The notes: generated by a model not told the origin, from the sequence alone. A stretch of DNA of 64,000 nucleotides from Callorhinchus milii (GCF_018977255.1 NW_024704743.1:83268001-83332000), one strand, 5' to 3'. Counted from the stretch's first letter, positions 21,801-35,345 are shown. Translations and numbers: made by a program.

Positions 21801-24734
21801 TAACTGTGAGAAATATCTCAGTGTGGAATCTTAGCTTTTGTTTCCCCAGTGAAGGACCTGCTTGAGGTTTTAAAATATTTTGGGAGAGTGGGGAGGTTAG
21901 TGTGTGTACGTGTCTGTCTATCTCCATGTGCATTTAGTGCTTGTGTATCAGAGCGTGTTTTGAGAGTAAGTCTAAATAAAAATAATGGACATTTTTAATA
22001 AGTCTCAGTGTGAGAATTTTGAACATCAAACATGCATGCAGCTTGGAGGCAAAAGATGGGCATGTGTGATCTAGCTGGAAGAGAGACAAATGGTGATGGG
22101 AGCAACTCCATCTAGGGATTGCTGACAAGAAAATGGCATTCAGAAACTGACACATCTGTCGGGGTGGAGAATATTGGCACCTGTCACGCAGTTTCAGTCA
22201 TGACTTTTAATAAATCTGCCTTCCCTTAGGTAAAATTGGAACTACGTGTAATATTAGCTGAAAGCATATCTTGTTTTCCCTTCAAAGCCCTTTTGGTACG
22301 TGAGGTGTTCAAGATGAAAATCTAGTGTTGTGCTTTATTTCATCTTCAGTGTTTGTGTTGCTCAGAGCTTTTTTTCTTAAATCACGGAGAGTGAGGGAGG
22401 GATGCTGTGTTTCTGGTGTTTGGATGGGGGGCAGATTTGTGCAATGACTCTCCTCGCTTGCAAACTTCAGTTGATGCCAATATATTGCAGAGCTGTTGTT
22501 AGAGTAAATTTAGCCTAGGGAAGTATGAATGTCATAAAAACTGGGTTGGGATTTGTTGGTGTCAGTCAATAAATCAGTTAGAGTTTAATTACCAGGCATG
22601 TGATGGGGAGCAGTGACAGGCACCAGGACTGTGGGACAGCATTCCTTCTGGAGCAGGCTGTACTACAAGTACCAAGAAAGGAGGGGAGAACTAGCAAAAA
22701 GAGAAAATGGAGGGTGGAGAACGATTGTACCTTTTGCAAGATTTCTGTTTTATACTCTTTTTATAAGAGCTCCTCCTCCCTCCAACTTACCTTTGAATAA
22801 TTTTCCGCAGAAGCTTTCAAAGGAATCTTCTCTAGTCAAATTTGCAGCCTTGATAGATGACGATGTTACTTGATCACAAAAGGGCTCTGAAAATGGTAGT
22901 AATTTGCATATTAACCTCTGAGTCAGGCCATCTTTATCGCTGGACCAGTGGGCAAAGAGACTCAGTGTAAGAGTGCAGCTCAAAGTCGAAAATGTACCCT
23001 AACTTGGTGAACAACCTGTTTAGATTATGAAAGCGGCCAATATTCTGTTCTGGTAAACAGCGCGCTCTGTATCCACACCATGTGTTTCACCAAAGGAGCT
23101 CGACTTGTCATCATTTTTTAGGATGAAATAAATTACACAAACCTGAAGCAGTGTTGTTTATTGTAAGATTTAAAAGCAGCAAAGTAGCGAGGGCTCCCTC
23201 AGCATTCTGCTCCTGCTAAAATGTGCAAAAGGAAGGCATTAAACCTCTCGCCTCTGATAAAGGGCGGCTTTGTGATTTCAAGCAGGTCTATGGGAAACTT
23301 ATTAGGCCAAATTTCACATTAAAGTACAGCGATGCATTACTCTTACAGTTCTGAGTGGGTTGGGCAGGAGAGGAGAAGGAAAGTAGAGCATTTTCTTAGG
23401 GTGGGCTGTGCTGTTTCAAAGAAAAGGTTTACTTAGAATAATAGTTTTAAGGGGAAACTGTTCCATTGCTTTGAATTGCCTCCTTTGGTCATCTTTTGAC
23501 AACCTACCAGTTACTGCTCGCTCTCATTGTTAAGCTCTTGAGACATTCTTTTACGACAACAACTTGCATTTAGTTAGTGCCCTCTACATGGCATAGCATC
23601 TCAGAGCGCTGATAGGCTCTCTCTTACATGAAAGGCTTTATATAAATGCAAGTTAAGTCAGATCGGGGAGGGGAAGGTTAAGACAAACAGGTGAACTCGA
23701 AGCAACATTCAATTAAATATTTATTCATGAGCAGAAGGTATCACAATGTTAGCACCACTTCCACTTGCAGTGTCTCAGAATAACTCATCTGTTTGTCTAC
23801 ACAAAAGTTTTAGGAGTACGCTCATACTTTTTCTTCCAGGATTTATTCTTCTTTACAAAGTAAATGGATTGGGTTTGTGGGGAGGAAGAGAAGGAAATGG
23901 AGATCTACTGTGACCTTAATCAGGAAGTCACATCCCACTGAGCCTGACCTCGCTCCGTGTAATATGATTGGTTCAGTGTTAAAGGTGATTTGCTGTCAAT
24001 CATGTGTGACACTAACTTTGCCCTTGGATGTCTGCCGAGTGCTTAGGGAAAGTGGGAACAGATGGAAATTGATTATTTTATTTTTTCTTAGGATGCGCTG
24101 CATTGTTTGGGAAAGAACGTATTTAGAGTTGGAGGTCCTTGAAGCAGGTTAAGTGATCTTTCTTCTCTCCCCCCCCTCCCCACAACCCACTTTGCATCAT
24201 CGAATTTATTCACTTTAGCATTTCTGTCGGCTGTCATTTATTTTAAATGGAGCAGATTTGTCACACTGAATGTCATCCAGGACTAAAGTGGGCTGTAGTT
24301 GCAAAGTTATTTTGTAATGCAGTGCAAAACGTGCTTAGCATCTCTTATATAAATAGTGCTCTCTAAAGAACCAGAAGCTCAGTGTAGTGATTTGAGATGA
24401 GCTGGTTTAGTCTATTAGAGTATGGGTTACTTAACAAAGGACTAGGTTTTGAGGTGTATAGTGTCATATAGGAGTTTAAACTTGCCCCCAAACTTACTTC
24501 TTTATTCTCAATCTTTCATATGATATTTAGAAAGGATTATGTATAATTACTGTTTTGTGAGGTAATATTGTGGCTTAAAAGTATCACGTACTGAGTCGAG
24601 AGTTGATGCATCTTTTTATACAAAGCTTCCAAGTGTATCCAGCCGTTGGTCAGTGAAGGAAGAGAGGTGTTCATCTTTGTGTTGTACGGAGATTGATGTT
24701 GGTGACAACACAACAGAGAACGACTTTCACTTAC

Positions 24735-25120
24735 AGTATAGAAAACATCTCCAAGCACTTTTACAAAGATGTTGGGTGATCACCAAGTTGGGAGGAAAGG
24801 AGGGGATGTTTAAAAGAGATACTATTTTTAAAAGTCAGTGAGAGAAGGTGCAAGGTGAAGGGATTTGGGAAGAGAGTTCCTGAAAGTGGGTCATAATATC
24901 GACGGCGTGGCTGAAGGCTCATCGACTGATGGAGGGGTTGAGGAATGAGTAGTTTACCAGAATCATAAGAGCTGAGGGTTTGTGCAGGAGAATACAGCTG
25001 AAGGAGATTGCTGGGAGGGCCAAGACCGCAAAAGGATTTGAATGTCAGGACAAGGATCTATAAGGATCTATACACTAGGTTACCGGGAGCCAGTGGATCT
25101 CAGAGAGGATGGGAGTAATG
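24735..25120 (-). mobile_element. Highly decayed L2 3' fragment
   Basis: AGAGAGTTCC, GGCTGAAGGCTC, GGATTTGAATGTCAGGACAAGGATCT and GGGAGCCAGTGGA are reverses of L2 motifs. Confidence 0.6.
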
Positions 25121-25129
25121 GAATCATTG

Positions 25130-25465
25130 CAAGTTAATATGGTAGGTTTGAATCAAGATGGCCTTTTTGGTCATTTGATCTCCTTCCAGAAAGTCTTCCC
25201 ACTATAGCATCAAGCTGTTTCTTACATGGGTCCAATGTCCTAGCCTGCACTGTCCTTTCTAGTAAGTCATTCCAGCTATTACTTGCCTCAATGTAACAAA
25301 ATACTTTCTGATATCCTAAAATTTCCCTTCACAGCCCTGAACCTGTGCCCTCTTGTCCTGCTGTTTTGATGTATCTGCAAGTGCTTCTCTGGTTAACTTT
25401 CTCAATCCCATTTAGCATCTTATGTACCACTATTAAAGTTGTCTCTGAGGCATCTCATTTTGAGA
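25130..25465 (-). mobile_element. Decayed CR1 3' fragment
   Basis: GTCATTCCA, AAATTTCCCTTC, CCTGTGCCCTCTTGTCCT and CCATTTAGCATCTTAT. Confidence 0.55.
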
Positions 25466-27561
25466 AAGTGTTCCACACTTTATGGGAAATTGTAGAACAC
25501 AGACGTTTTTTGTTAGGTTAGCCAGGAATCTGACACGTGCGGAAACTCCTTGTCGTGCTTATGCGTCTCTGGTTCCGGCTGCGCAGAACTCACAAAAGGA
25601 GAGTTTTTTTGCCACTTTTTGAGTACTCAACCTCTCCTGTGGATAGTGAGGTGGGGAGGGGGTGGGTAGGGTGACTAACTTTTAAGGTGTTATTAGGGTA
25701 CTGGCTTTCAGTGTGATCGAGGAATAGAGTCAAGTGGATAATATTTGTGATGTTCCTTAACTTGTTAAATAGGAATCCTGCCAGCCACAGACTCAGCACA
25801 ATACATCAGTCCAAGGGAAACTCAACGTGGACATTTTTGGAGTTAAAACCTGTACTGTATTTAAATTGTCTTTGTCTTATATTGAGACAGCTTGACCCAA
25901 AAAAATAATAGTTCTATGAGTAGATAACAGATGCCAGATATTCCAAGCTATGATTGAGGTATAAAAGACACATTTTAGCTGGAGTAAACTCTGATACCAC
26001 AATGCTCTATCAAGTATTCCATGCGGAATACAATCTATATTATTTTAGGATTTACCTTTTTTTAATAAGGATTATTAGAAGCAAGAATTGTATTACTTAT
26101 TAAGTCATATGACACCGCCTCTCTAGGTGTGAGTGGTCACTGAGCTCTTGATAATCTCTCAGCAGGTTAAAGAAATAAATTTATGGGCTTTTCTCAACCT
26201 GAATTGAGAGTGTTTCACAGCAGTGAGTTACTGAATTAGGAGGAGGCTTATTGCTTCAGTGCTTTGCAATAGGCTGAAGTTGTGGAGTTCTTTTATAATA
26301 CTGTTGTGTTCTGGCAATTTGCCACAGTATTAACTGAGGTGGGGGAAGGGAGGAAAGCTAAACCACGGGCACTACTACATGTGTCTCCAGTCCCGGTGGG
26401 GTGATAGAGGCAAATTTTTAGTTTGCTTGGAGGTAGGTGTTAAACTGAGTGACGACTGAGAATAGAGGCCTGGCTTATCAACGTCTGGTTTGAAACAAAG
26501 TGCAATTTATATGTGTAAAGAAGCCTGCAGCAGTCCTGACAATGCTGGGGGGGAGGGAAGGAGGGGGGAGAATTTCAGCATGTGAAAGCACTCCCATCAA
26601 ATATGCTATTTAATGTGTACCTGTGGGGGACAATATTAATTTATTAGGTGGATTTATTTCCTGTACATGGTTTAAAAGAGTTATCATTTTACTTTACAAC
26701 CCCCATTAGTGGCTTGATGTTCTGAGCTGTTTGAGAAGATAATGTCTTTGAGGGTTCAGTTTTGAATTCAAAGATTCACAGATCGCAGCACACAGACTGG
26801 AGTAAATGCCACAAAGAGACAGGTTGTATTAACATCACCAGTGTTATTGACACCAGTCTGAATCTGCACAGACTACTTGCTTGTCTTATCTTATGGCTTG
26901 ATATGATCTGTATGGGAAATGGTCTACACGTATATTGATGGCCAACCTTTATTGTCACAAGTAGTCTTAATCCTGAATGTTAGGAGTCATGTGTAATGGA
27001 GTCCCAACACTGATGTAAATATAACTGACTGCTGTCGCACCAGACTACTTTGTCAATGTTTTGTTACGATTCAGACAAAGGACCTTGAAGAGCCGGGAAT
27101 TAAGAAAGGTAAGCAAAGTGTTAACTGGACAGCTAAGAGACTGAACTATTTAGGTCACCATTTTCTAGAAGTGTGCCATGCGCAACTCCTATTTGTACTC
27201 TTTCGTTGTGATTGAACTCTTCAGGGAGGAAGCCCAATAGATTCCTTCGTTCACACTTAATTGACACCCATTAACATAGGGTTCAACGAGTGTTCCTTGT
27301 ATCTACATGCACCCTTTCAATTAAGTTAAATAGGTAGTTAGAGGGAGAGAATAAACAGGGGAGGCATATGTGCATTGCATGTCTTCCTTTCCAACTGTAT
27401 CTCTCTTCCTCTGCAACACTTCTTGTATTTCTTACTTATTCTATGATGCTCCCCTTTTTGTCCACGTGTGTCTCTCTGGCCCTTTATTTCTGTTCCTGTC
27501 TCATTTATTCTGCGTATTGCTTTTTTTCTCTTTCTCAGCAGTGCACTGAGAGAACCTTTTA

Positions 27562-27851
27562 TAATAATAATAGTAATAATCCTTGCATTTGATATAGCTC
27601 TTTTCACGTCTCCTAGACGTCTCAAAGGCTTCACAGAATAAACTGTAAAGTGAATTGACTGTATATTTGTACAGTGTCTCACAAACAGTTGTGGATTGAA
27701 ATGACCAATTTAATATTGTTTTTTTCTTGAGGGATTGTTATCAGGCGTGTGGAGTAAGGAAACTTGCCCAAGGTTTCACCCTGCCAGGAATTGAACCCAG
27801 GTCTCTCACTTGCAAAGCGAGTGCCGTAACCACTGACCTACAGGACTCCAC
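27562..27851 (-). mobile_element. Young tRNA-derived SINE, short subtype, with an internal deletion of about 30 bp
   Basis: Collinear with 6701-7007 but lacks the GGGCGAAA..GGCAGCCAATTG segment. Flanked by AGAACCTTTTA at 27551-27561 and 27861-27871. Confidence 0.92.
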
Positions 27852-27981
27852 AAGTTCCATAGAACCTTTTACTGTGTTAAACGTATTGTGAAATGCTTTA
27901 TTGAGATCGCCAAGGCACTGACTAATAGGAAAAAGTGAAAGTGTCTTTTTCTGTGCACACTTTGGTTGCCACCACCACCAC

Positions 27982-28198
27982 CAACAACAACTTGGATTTA
28001 TATAGCGCCCTCCACACCGGACGGCGTCTCAGAGTGCTTCACAGTAATGGATCCCAGGGCTGAGCCAGGGGGAGGAGGAGGAAGGTGACCAGAGGCACAG
28101 TCGAAAAGAAAGGTCTTCAGTTGAGACCTGAAAATAGGAAGAGAGGGGGCGAGGCGAAGGGAGTGAGGAAGAGAGTTCCAGAGCCAGGTGCAGGCGGT
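27982..28198 (-). mobile_element. L2 3' end
   Basis: (CAA)n, TTTATATAGCGCCCTCCACACCGGACGGCGTCTCAGAG, GTCGAAAAGAAAGGTCTT and GAGTTCCAGAG. Confidence 0.85.
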
Positions 28199-28334
28199 AC
28201 AGAATTAGGGATGGGTTGAAAGAGTTGGAAGGCACTAACAGCAGAAACTTCAGCTAACGTTAGAACATACTGCATATACAGGTTGTCCGAACTGCACTGT
28301 CTTAACAACCTGATTCTTTCTTAACAGTCTGATT

Positions 28335-28532
28335 TTGTCCCAGTCACCAATCCTCCAGATAAAATTGATCATTCACTTTCTTTATGACTGTTTGTGGGAT
28401 ATTGCTCCATGCAAATTGGCTGCCGTGTTCGCCTACAAATACATAGTCACTACACTTTAAAGTAAATCATGTGAAACATTTTGAGATACTTTGAAAATGT
28501 GCTAAGGCATTATATCAAATGCAGGGATTATT
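28335..28532 (+). mobile_element. Deu-domain SINE, 3' half
   Basis: CAATCCTCCAGATAAAATTGATCATT...TGTTTGTGGGATATTGCT...AATTGGCTGCCGTG...ATCAAATGCAGGGATTAT. Confidence 0.75.
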
Positions 28533-28719
28533 TGCACTTTTTTAATTTTTCTCTAGAAATGTTGCTACTGCGTTTACTTAAGTCTAAAGCATAGGTGTTT
28601 TCATTGCACCTCCAAAAATCAGATTCCATTTTAGAATCCATGAATTCCACGAACTGCAGCAACTCCCCCCCCCCCCCCCCCCCGCCCCCCATACTCTAAA
28701 TTTGCCTTTGCCTTAGATT

Positions 28720-29112
28720 CAGGGATATATTCCCTTGAGTTTAGAAGGTGGACGGTTGATCTAATTGAGGTTTTTAAAATAGTAAAGGGATTCAACAGGG
28801 TAGCTGCAGAAAAACTATTTCCTCTGGTGGGGGAATCCAGAACAAGGTGGACATATAGCCTTAAAATTAGAGCTAAGCCATTTAGGAGTGAAATCAGGAG
28901 GCATTTTTTCACACAATAGTGGAAATCTGGAACTCTCCCCCAAAAGCCTGTGGATGCTGGATCCATTTAAATTTTCAAGATGGAGGTGGATAAATATCTG
29001 TTAGGTAAGGATATCAAGGGAGATGGGGCAAGGGTGAGTAATCGAAGTTGAGGTACAGATCAGCCATGATGTTATAGAATGGCGGAACAGGCTCGAGATG
29101 CTGAATGGCCTA
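28720..29112 (+). mobile_element. CR1 3' end
   Basis: Encodes YSLEFRR..DLIEVFKIVKG..EKLFPLVGESRTR. 3' UTR GAATGGCGGAACAGGCTCGAG..GAATGGCCT. Confidence 0.9.
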
Positions 29113-29384
29113 TAGTATATTAAATACAGTACTTCATTTTTACTGCAGATTTGTTTCCAACCAGATCATTATTTCCAGAACTTGCTGAACTAAGATTACT
29201 TTTGCAGTTAGGTTTCTGTACCTACAATGTACTTGCATGTTTAAATTACCATTTAGGATTTCACACCTGCATAGAATAATACAATATGGGGGGGGGGGGG
29301 AAACTGCAGCATGCCATATTATCATTGGTATTAGTTTGGTCGATCATATCAAACAAAAATCCGATTAAAAGCAGTCAGGAGAAC

Positions 29385-29602
29385 AGTGCCATGGGATGCT
29401 GAATCTCCACCTGAACAGGCAGATGGGATGGGACCATGATTTAGCTGCTCATTCAAAAGATGGCAATTTTGACATTGCAGCTTTCACCCAGCACTGTAGT
29501 GTAGCAGCAGCCTAGACTATTAGCTCAAGTTCCATCATGGAACTTAAATGCACAACCTTCTGACCTGGAAGTGAGAGTGCAATCAACTGAGCCAAACAGT
29601 CA
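29385..29602 (-). mobile_element. Deu-domain SINE, 5' half
   Basis: AGTGCCATGGGAT..CACCTGAACAGGCAGATGGG and head CAACCTTCTGAC..GAGAGTGCAATCAACTGAGCCA. Confidence 0.75.
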
Positions 29603-30143
29603 CTCAGGAATAAAAGTCCACAGGAGCTTTTGTGCTGCTCAGAACTGGAAATTCAAACATTGCCTGATCTGTTGCACTCTGCCCTGACGGTGCCAATTGT
29701 AATTCTCCTTACTTTGTGCTTTTTCAATCACAGAATGAATCTGTTTTTAAAAAGTAGGATTAAACTGGAGTTCCAAAAAAAAGATTGATGGAGGTACAGT
29801 AGTGCTGAATGTCTCCTGGGTGTCTGATGACTGTGAAGGAGTCTTTTACAGCTGATGGGAGTACAATGTGAATGGTGAAGGAAAAGTTGTATCTTTGTCA
29901 CTGTGACCAAGTAGCTTAGTTTGTGATCACTCAACTTGTCATCTGCTGCAGGATGGATCTCTTCATGCTCCTGTGTCGAGATACAGTAAAGTTGAAAATA
30001 GCACGTAGCTCATAATGAGAGTTCATCAGTACATGTACATTATCATTAACCCATACTTCACCGAATTTCTTAAATACATTAAATCCTGACTTTCATTTTA
30101 AAGCTTCTTTTCGACTTTTATTCCTGAGTGCTTGTTCGGCAGC

Positions 30144-30406
30144 GGCAGTTTAGCTCAGTGGGTAGCAGTCTGGCGCCTGGATCGGAAAGTTGTAAGTTCA
30201 GACCTCACGTCGGGATTGTGACCTAACACTGTTGGCTGACACTGTGCAATGCTCAATTGCTAGTTGTCAGAACTAATGTCCTTTGGATGAGACATTAAAC
30301 CAAGTTGCCTGTTTGGATGGACAAGTACACAGTCACTACACTTGAGTGCAGTTCCCTGTGAAGTGTTCCGACATATTAGGGGTTATATGAAATGCAAGGA
30401 TTATTT
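30144..30406 (+). mobile_element. Deu-domain SINE, internally deleted
   Basis: TAGCTCAGTGGGTAGCA head, GTCCTTTGGATGAGACATTAAAC core and AAATGCAAGGATTAT tail. Confidence 0.7.
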
Positions 30407-33400
30407 ATGTAAGGCAGTGGGGTGATGAACATATACAAGAACTTTTCATTCATATTTCAGGTTGACACTCGGGGCATTTTTTACAATCGATTTTAATACT
30501 TGTTCAACTTTTTATACAAAACAGAGGATGACGTGCTGAGGTGGACCTGTGTGTTCACTTACAAAACACACAGACACTACAATGTACAGTCTATTCTATA
30601 AAGCGCTTTCAGCCATCATCCCAATATAAAAGGCGCTATATCAAATGCAAGGATTATCATTTTACTTCTATCCTTTTGGCCTGTAGTTGTCCTGCGAATG
30701 ACACATAGGATGTTGGAAGCCAAAAAGAGAATCCCATGGAGAGAGTCCACTTCTTATCAGCATTGCCATTGACATCAATATGTTTTCAGACAACATTTTA
30801 ATGTCAAACACTTTTGAGGGTGAAGAAATAAAATTCTCTCCCCAGCATGTCCAGTCACACTGCTATTGCTGATAAGAAATAGATATGATCATAGGAATCC
30901 CTTGCCCTATACCTTCCCCACACTACCCAGTGTGAGAGGCGCTATATAAATGCAGATTGTCGTTCTGTTTAACAGGCAGACTGAAGAATCCACAGATCTC
31001 TGAGGAGGAGCTGTGTAAATAGAAATATTGTATTTGAGACTCGTCCAACAATGACCATTTTAGTTCTTTACTTATACAGTTACCGTCCCTTTCAAAAGGG
31101 ATTTTTTGGACAGCTGGGTGTCTGACACATGCAGAAATCCATCACCTTGCTTAAGAGTATCCAAACGAAGGGAAGCCAGATGCTGTCCTGCAGCACTTGT
31201 AATTGTGGCTCATACAGAGCTAGAGCAGGAAACCACAGAATAAAAAATGGCCTGAGCGCCAGAATAAAACCCCTTGAGATGTAAAGTGCAGAATTCTGTG
31301 TATGTCAAGCTGACCCGTGAGAACCTGGCTCCGACCTGGGATTAATGCCAAAACACATTTAGGGTTTTACCTTTTTTAAAAGCAAGAGTGATTTTGCGTA
31401 ATGTCTGATGAAATCAGTGATGGGAAGCTCTCCTCGGGAGTCACATTCAAGAAACAAAGCTCAGTGCTACCTCCGTTATGATTTTATGAAGTATTATTGC
31501 ACTTCGGAGAGAATAGCAGTGAGGGGAAAATAAACCTTCATCCATTCCAAGTAAAACAACTTCTGCACTGGCTGATTTTCCATTTTAAGCATTCTGGGGT
31601 TGTCTCATTTTAACATGTTCGAGACTGTCTCCTCTTTGTTGCACCAGCACCCTCTTGACACTATTGAGGAACAGCATTGTTGAACCTTCATGGAAACACT
31701 TACTTACACTTTATTTGTGGAAAGAAACTGCTTTGCTTTTTTAAGTTGAAGAAATTGTGTCTGAAAGACCTCTTTTTACAATTGTTCCCCGCCAATTTTC
31801 CCTATTTTTGTTACATGGGTCCATGTAACCTCTGACCAAGAACAGCAACCACTTGTCCTTGCTTCTGGTCTTTTGCCAGTGCTGTTGTGTTACTGGCTGT
31901 ACAGAGCTGCACACACTAGTTACCCTCAGCAAGCTCACCCCTCCTCTCTACCCATGAAGAGTCATCTTTGCTCCGCATCTTCCTCTAGGGCCTGGCCATG
32001 AATCAGTAACATTCTGTACAAGGAGCTTTCATAAGAACATAATAATATAAGAAATGCTAGACGAAAAAAGACCAAGGTCCTCCCGAACTCCCACCCTACT
32101 GTGTGCCCATCACTGTCCATCTAGTTTGCCTTCCACCTTCCTGGCAGTCACATGCATATATGTCCCAAACTACTATATCCCATAATGTTATTTCCTAAAA
32201 GAAAACTATCCTAATCTGTTTTTGAACGAATCAACACTTCTTTCATACCCTCCCCACAATCATAAAACCACAGACCACACACAGATATATTTTAATTAAT
32301 ACGGTCTTCCATCGATATCACAATAAACTTGATTTTAAATCTGTAAGAGCCAAAATACACTGACTCCTGTTTTCAGTGTTATTCTTTAGACATTATTTCA
32401 ATTTGATTTCAGGAGCTTGATTTCAGAAGCCCGTATTTTCCTGACAGGTGCGCTTTGCCATTCAGTCTCAGTGCACAGACATTACCAGACTGGCTCCTGT
32501 TTTCACTTCAGTGATCCAAACCTAAAGTGGACGATTGGTTTAAAAAAAATTTGATAACGTGTTGCAGTTTGTACCAATATTTCTCCTTCAATCTTCCCCA
32601 TCCCCTAGAGAAGGCAATGGCTCCTTTGTTATTCATGAATGAGCCCTAACACTGAGTATCACTGAGTGTTATTTGATTGAACCAAGCCTGATCCTGCACC
32701 CTCCAGCAGGGCCACTTGGGAACCACAAGAGGACAAGATTGGTCTGGATGAAGAAGGCCCTTCAGCATATCTGATCTCATCCCTCCCGAACTCCCACCCT
32801 ACTGTCTGCCCATCACTGTATCCAGTTGTGAGTGTCAGCCCAGGATAGTTTTTCCCATCCCTAATGTAGGACCCTGCGATGAGCTGAGTCAGCACAACCT
32901 AGGATCGAACCTGGAACCGTCACTGTTCTGAATAGCTTGGGCTATGGGTGTAACCTGTGTTACAGCTTTAATTCGCGATCTGTATGGATCAGAGCTTCTG
33001 CCAAAGTTCCTTTCAGCTGTACAGGAACAGTGCCTTTGAATCCAGACTCTCTGCCATCGTCATTTGTAAGTTAAAGCATTAAAGCTGCAGTGCTCGGTTG
33101 ATCTTGGGTTTCCAATGAGTTATTTTATTTGCATACACTCTATTAGATGTAAATTCACTCTGGTAAATATATGGAGAGAGAGAGAGAATCAATTTGTATT
33201 ACTTATCTCACAGTACGCTTTTGTTGGCACAACATGAAGTACATGCATAAAGAATAAAAGAACATTGAAATAGGAGGGGGCCATTGGGAGGTGATATTAA
33301 ATGCAATTTCTGCTTTCAAAGTCAGGAAAAGAATTTTAAAGGGAATTGAATGACAACTCTTATATACAGTAGCAATTTTCACCTAGGATAATGTCTCAAA

Positions 33401-33469
33401 GGGTTATACAGAAATGTGGAACAATGAGCAAAATGAGGGTTAGGGTGGTAATAAACATGTTGACCAAAA

Positions 33470-33611
33470 ACATCCATCCTTCAGATGAGCCGTTAAACCG
33501 AGGTCCCATCTTCCTGTTCAGGTGGACTTTATTCCATGGCACTATTCAAAAAGAAGGGAATTTCGCCCAGTGTCCCGGCCAACAGTCACTCCATGGCGGT
33601 TTGTGGGACAA
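33470..33611 (+). mobile_element. Deu-domain SINE fragment
   Basis: CCTTCAGATGAGCCGTTAAACCGAGG..CAGGTGGAC..CCATGGCACTATTCAAA. Confidence 0.75.
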
Positions 33612-33976
33612 TGTGGAGCCCTGTAGCTCAGTGGTTATAGCACTCACCTCGCAAGCGAGAGATTTGGGTTTGATTCCCGTCAGGGCGAAATATTGGGTAG
33701 GTGTCATTACTCCACACGCTTCTGTTTGCCTTGCAGTAAGTAGAAACCCGGTTGTTAGTCGATTGGCGGATCACTTTTCCGGTGGGTAATAATTCCTTCA
33801 AAAAATAATAAAAATTAATTGGTCACTTTAATCCACGACTGCTTGTGGAACACTCCTGTGCACTATTGGCTGCCACATTTCACCTACAAAATATACAGTC
33901 AATTCACTTCTGCAAAGCACTTTGAGACATCTGGAAGATGTGAAAAGCGGTATATCAATGCAAGGATTATTATTAT
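33612..33976 (+). mobile_element. Young tRNA-derived SINE, long subtype
   Basis: TGTGGAGCCCTGTAGCTCAGTGG head, the internal long segment and a CAAGG(ATT)n tail. Confidence 0.9.
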
Positions 33977-34094
33977 TTATATATTTATATAGCTCCCTTC
34001 ACATAGAATTTAACATTTTGGAACGTTTTACAATGGAGGGGGAGAAGGGGGACAGAGGTGGCAATAGACACAGTCCAAGAGATCTAAAGAGATT

Positions 34095-34910
34095 TAACAA
34101 AAACAACAATTTGTTTTTATATAGCGTCCTTACGCGGCGTAGTGTTTCGGAGCACTTAACAGTGGCCGCATCTGCTTGCCCCTCTGCAAACTAATCCACC
34201 TTGCCCAAGCTTCCAGGGAGTTCCTGGTACCTACCGTCCACCTAGTGAGGGCTCAAATCTGCGCTTGTTGGATGTCGAATGACCAACTGGTGACTATCCT
34301 CATTTGGGGAAGGTAAGCTGGTTCTTCTTGGAGCTCAATTGGCCCTAAGGTTACATGTTTGTCAACACAATGTTGGAATCGAGCCAGCCCTCTGTGGCGG
34401 TCTCGGTAATCTGGTTTCTGAGCCAGGCGGGTCCGCAGTATTCCACACTTCTGATCACAGCATACCAGCCTGGCAGGACTTGGAAGGGTAGATCAGTCCC
34501 TGGGGCAGGGAATCATCCCACTCAACTTCCTTCAACCATGTAAGCCAAGCCCTAATAGGTAGGGTGATCCCAGCTGGACAAGCAGTGGGAAAGCTTGCCA
34601 GACTGCGATATCAATGACAAGCTGTGCAGTTTTAGCTAGTTAGATTCCAGCAGTACCCCAATGCATTAGCGCAGGTTGGCAAAAACTGGGGTCAACAAGG
34701 CTTGGCTCTTGCTAACCTGCACTAATGCCTTCCGGTAAGTAGAATTCGTCCCTCCAGGGAGAGAGTGCGTATTACATTCCAACAATCTATCTCTGGAATT
34801 TCCATGTGTAGGTGGGATGTATGGAATTCTCAGTTTGGTTTGGATACTCTTAAGCATGGTGATGGTTTTCCGCATGCGTCAGACAAAAAAAAAACAGTAG
34901 CGGAGCACTC
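34095..34910 (-). repeat. Unclassified interspersed repeat, longest copy, ending in an L2-type tail
   Basis: Homologous to 46030-46485, 60970-61300, 31118-31168 and 25528-25590. The minus-strand end reads GTAAGGACGCTATATAAAAACAAATTGTTG. Confidence 0.75.
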
Positions 34911-34914
34911 TCTA

Positions 34915-35345
34915 TCAGGCCAGGGAGAGGTGACTGTCAGCACGGTTGAAGAGGAAGGTCTTCAGGTGTGATCTGAAAATGGGGAAGGAGGGGACAAAAC
35001 AGAGGGACTGAGGGAGAGAGTTTCATAGTTTCAGGGCTTAGTGGCTGAAAGAACGGCCACCAATGGTGGAACGGAGGGGATGAGGAACAAGCAGGAGGCC
35101 AGAGCCGGCTGGGAGGAGGCAATGGGTGGTGGAGTGGTGGTGAATTTGTAAACAGATAGTGAGGGGGAGAGACAGAGTGATCGAGGCAGGGAGTTCCAGA
35201 GATAGGATGGGGACATTCAGCAAACCCCTGGTTAGCTAATGGGTCGGGGAGAGAAGAATTGTGGGGTAGGAGATGGGGAGATGGTAGGCTGTGAAGGGTT
35301 TTGTAGGTGAAAGAAGGGAGAGTGGGTGCAAATTTGTAGTGCTCT
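34915..35345 (-). mobile_element. Decayed L2 3' fragment with a duplicated LWNSLP segment
   Basis: Peptide remnants TYKTLHSL, YLWNSLPRSL and GSGLLLVPHPLRSTIGGRSFSH. Confidence 0.8.
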
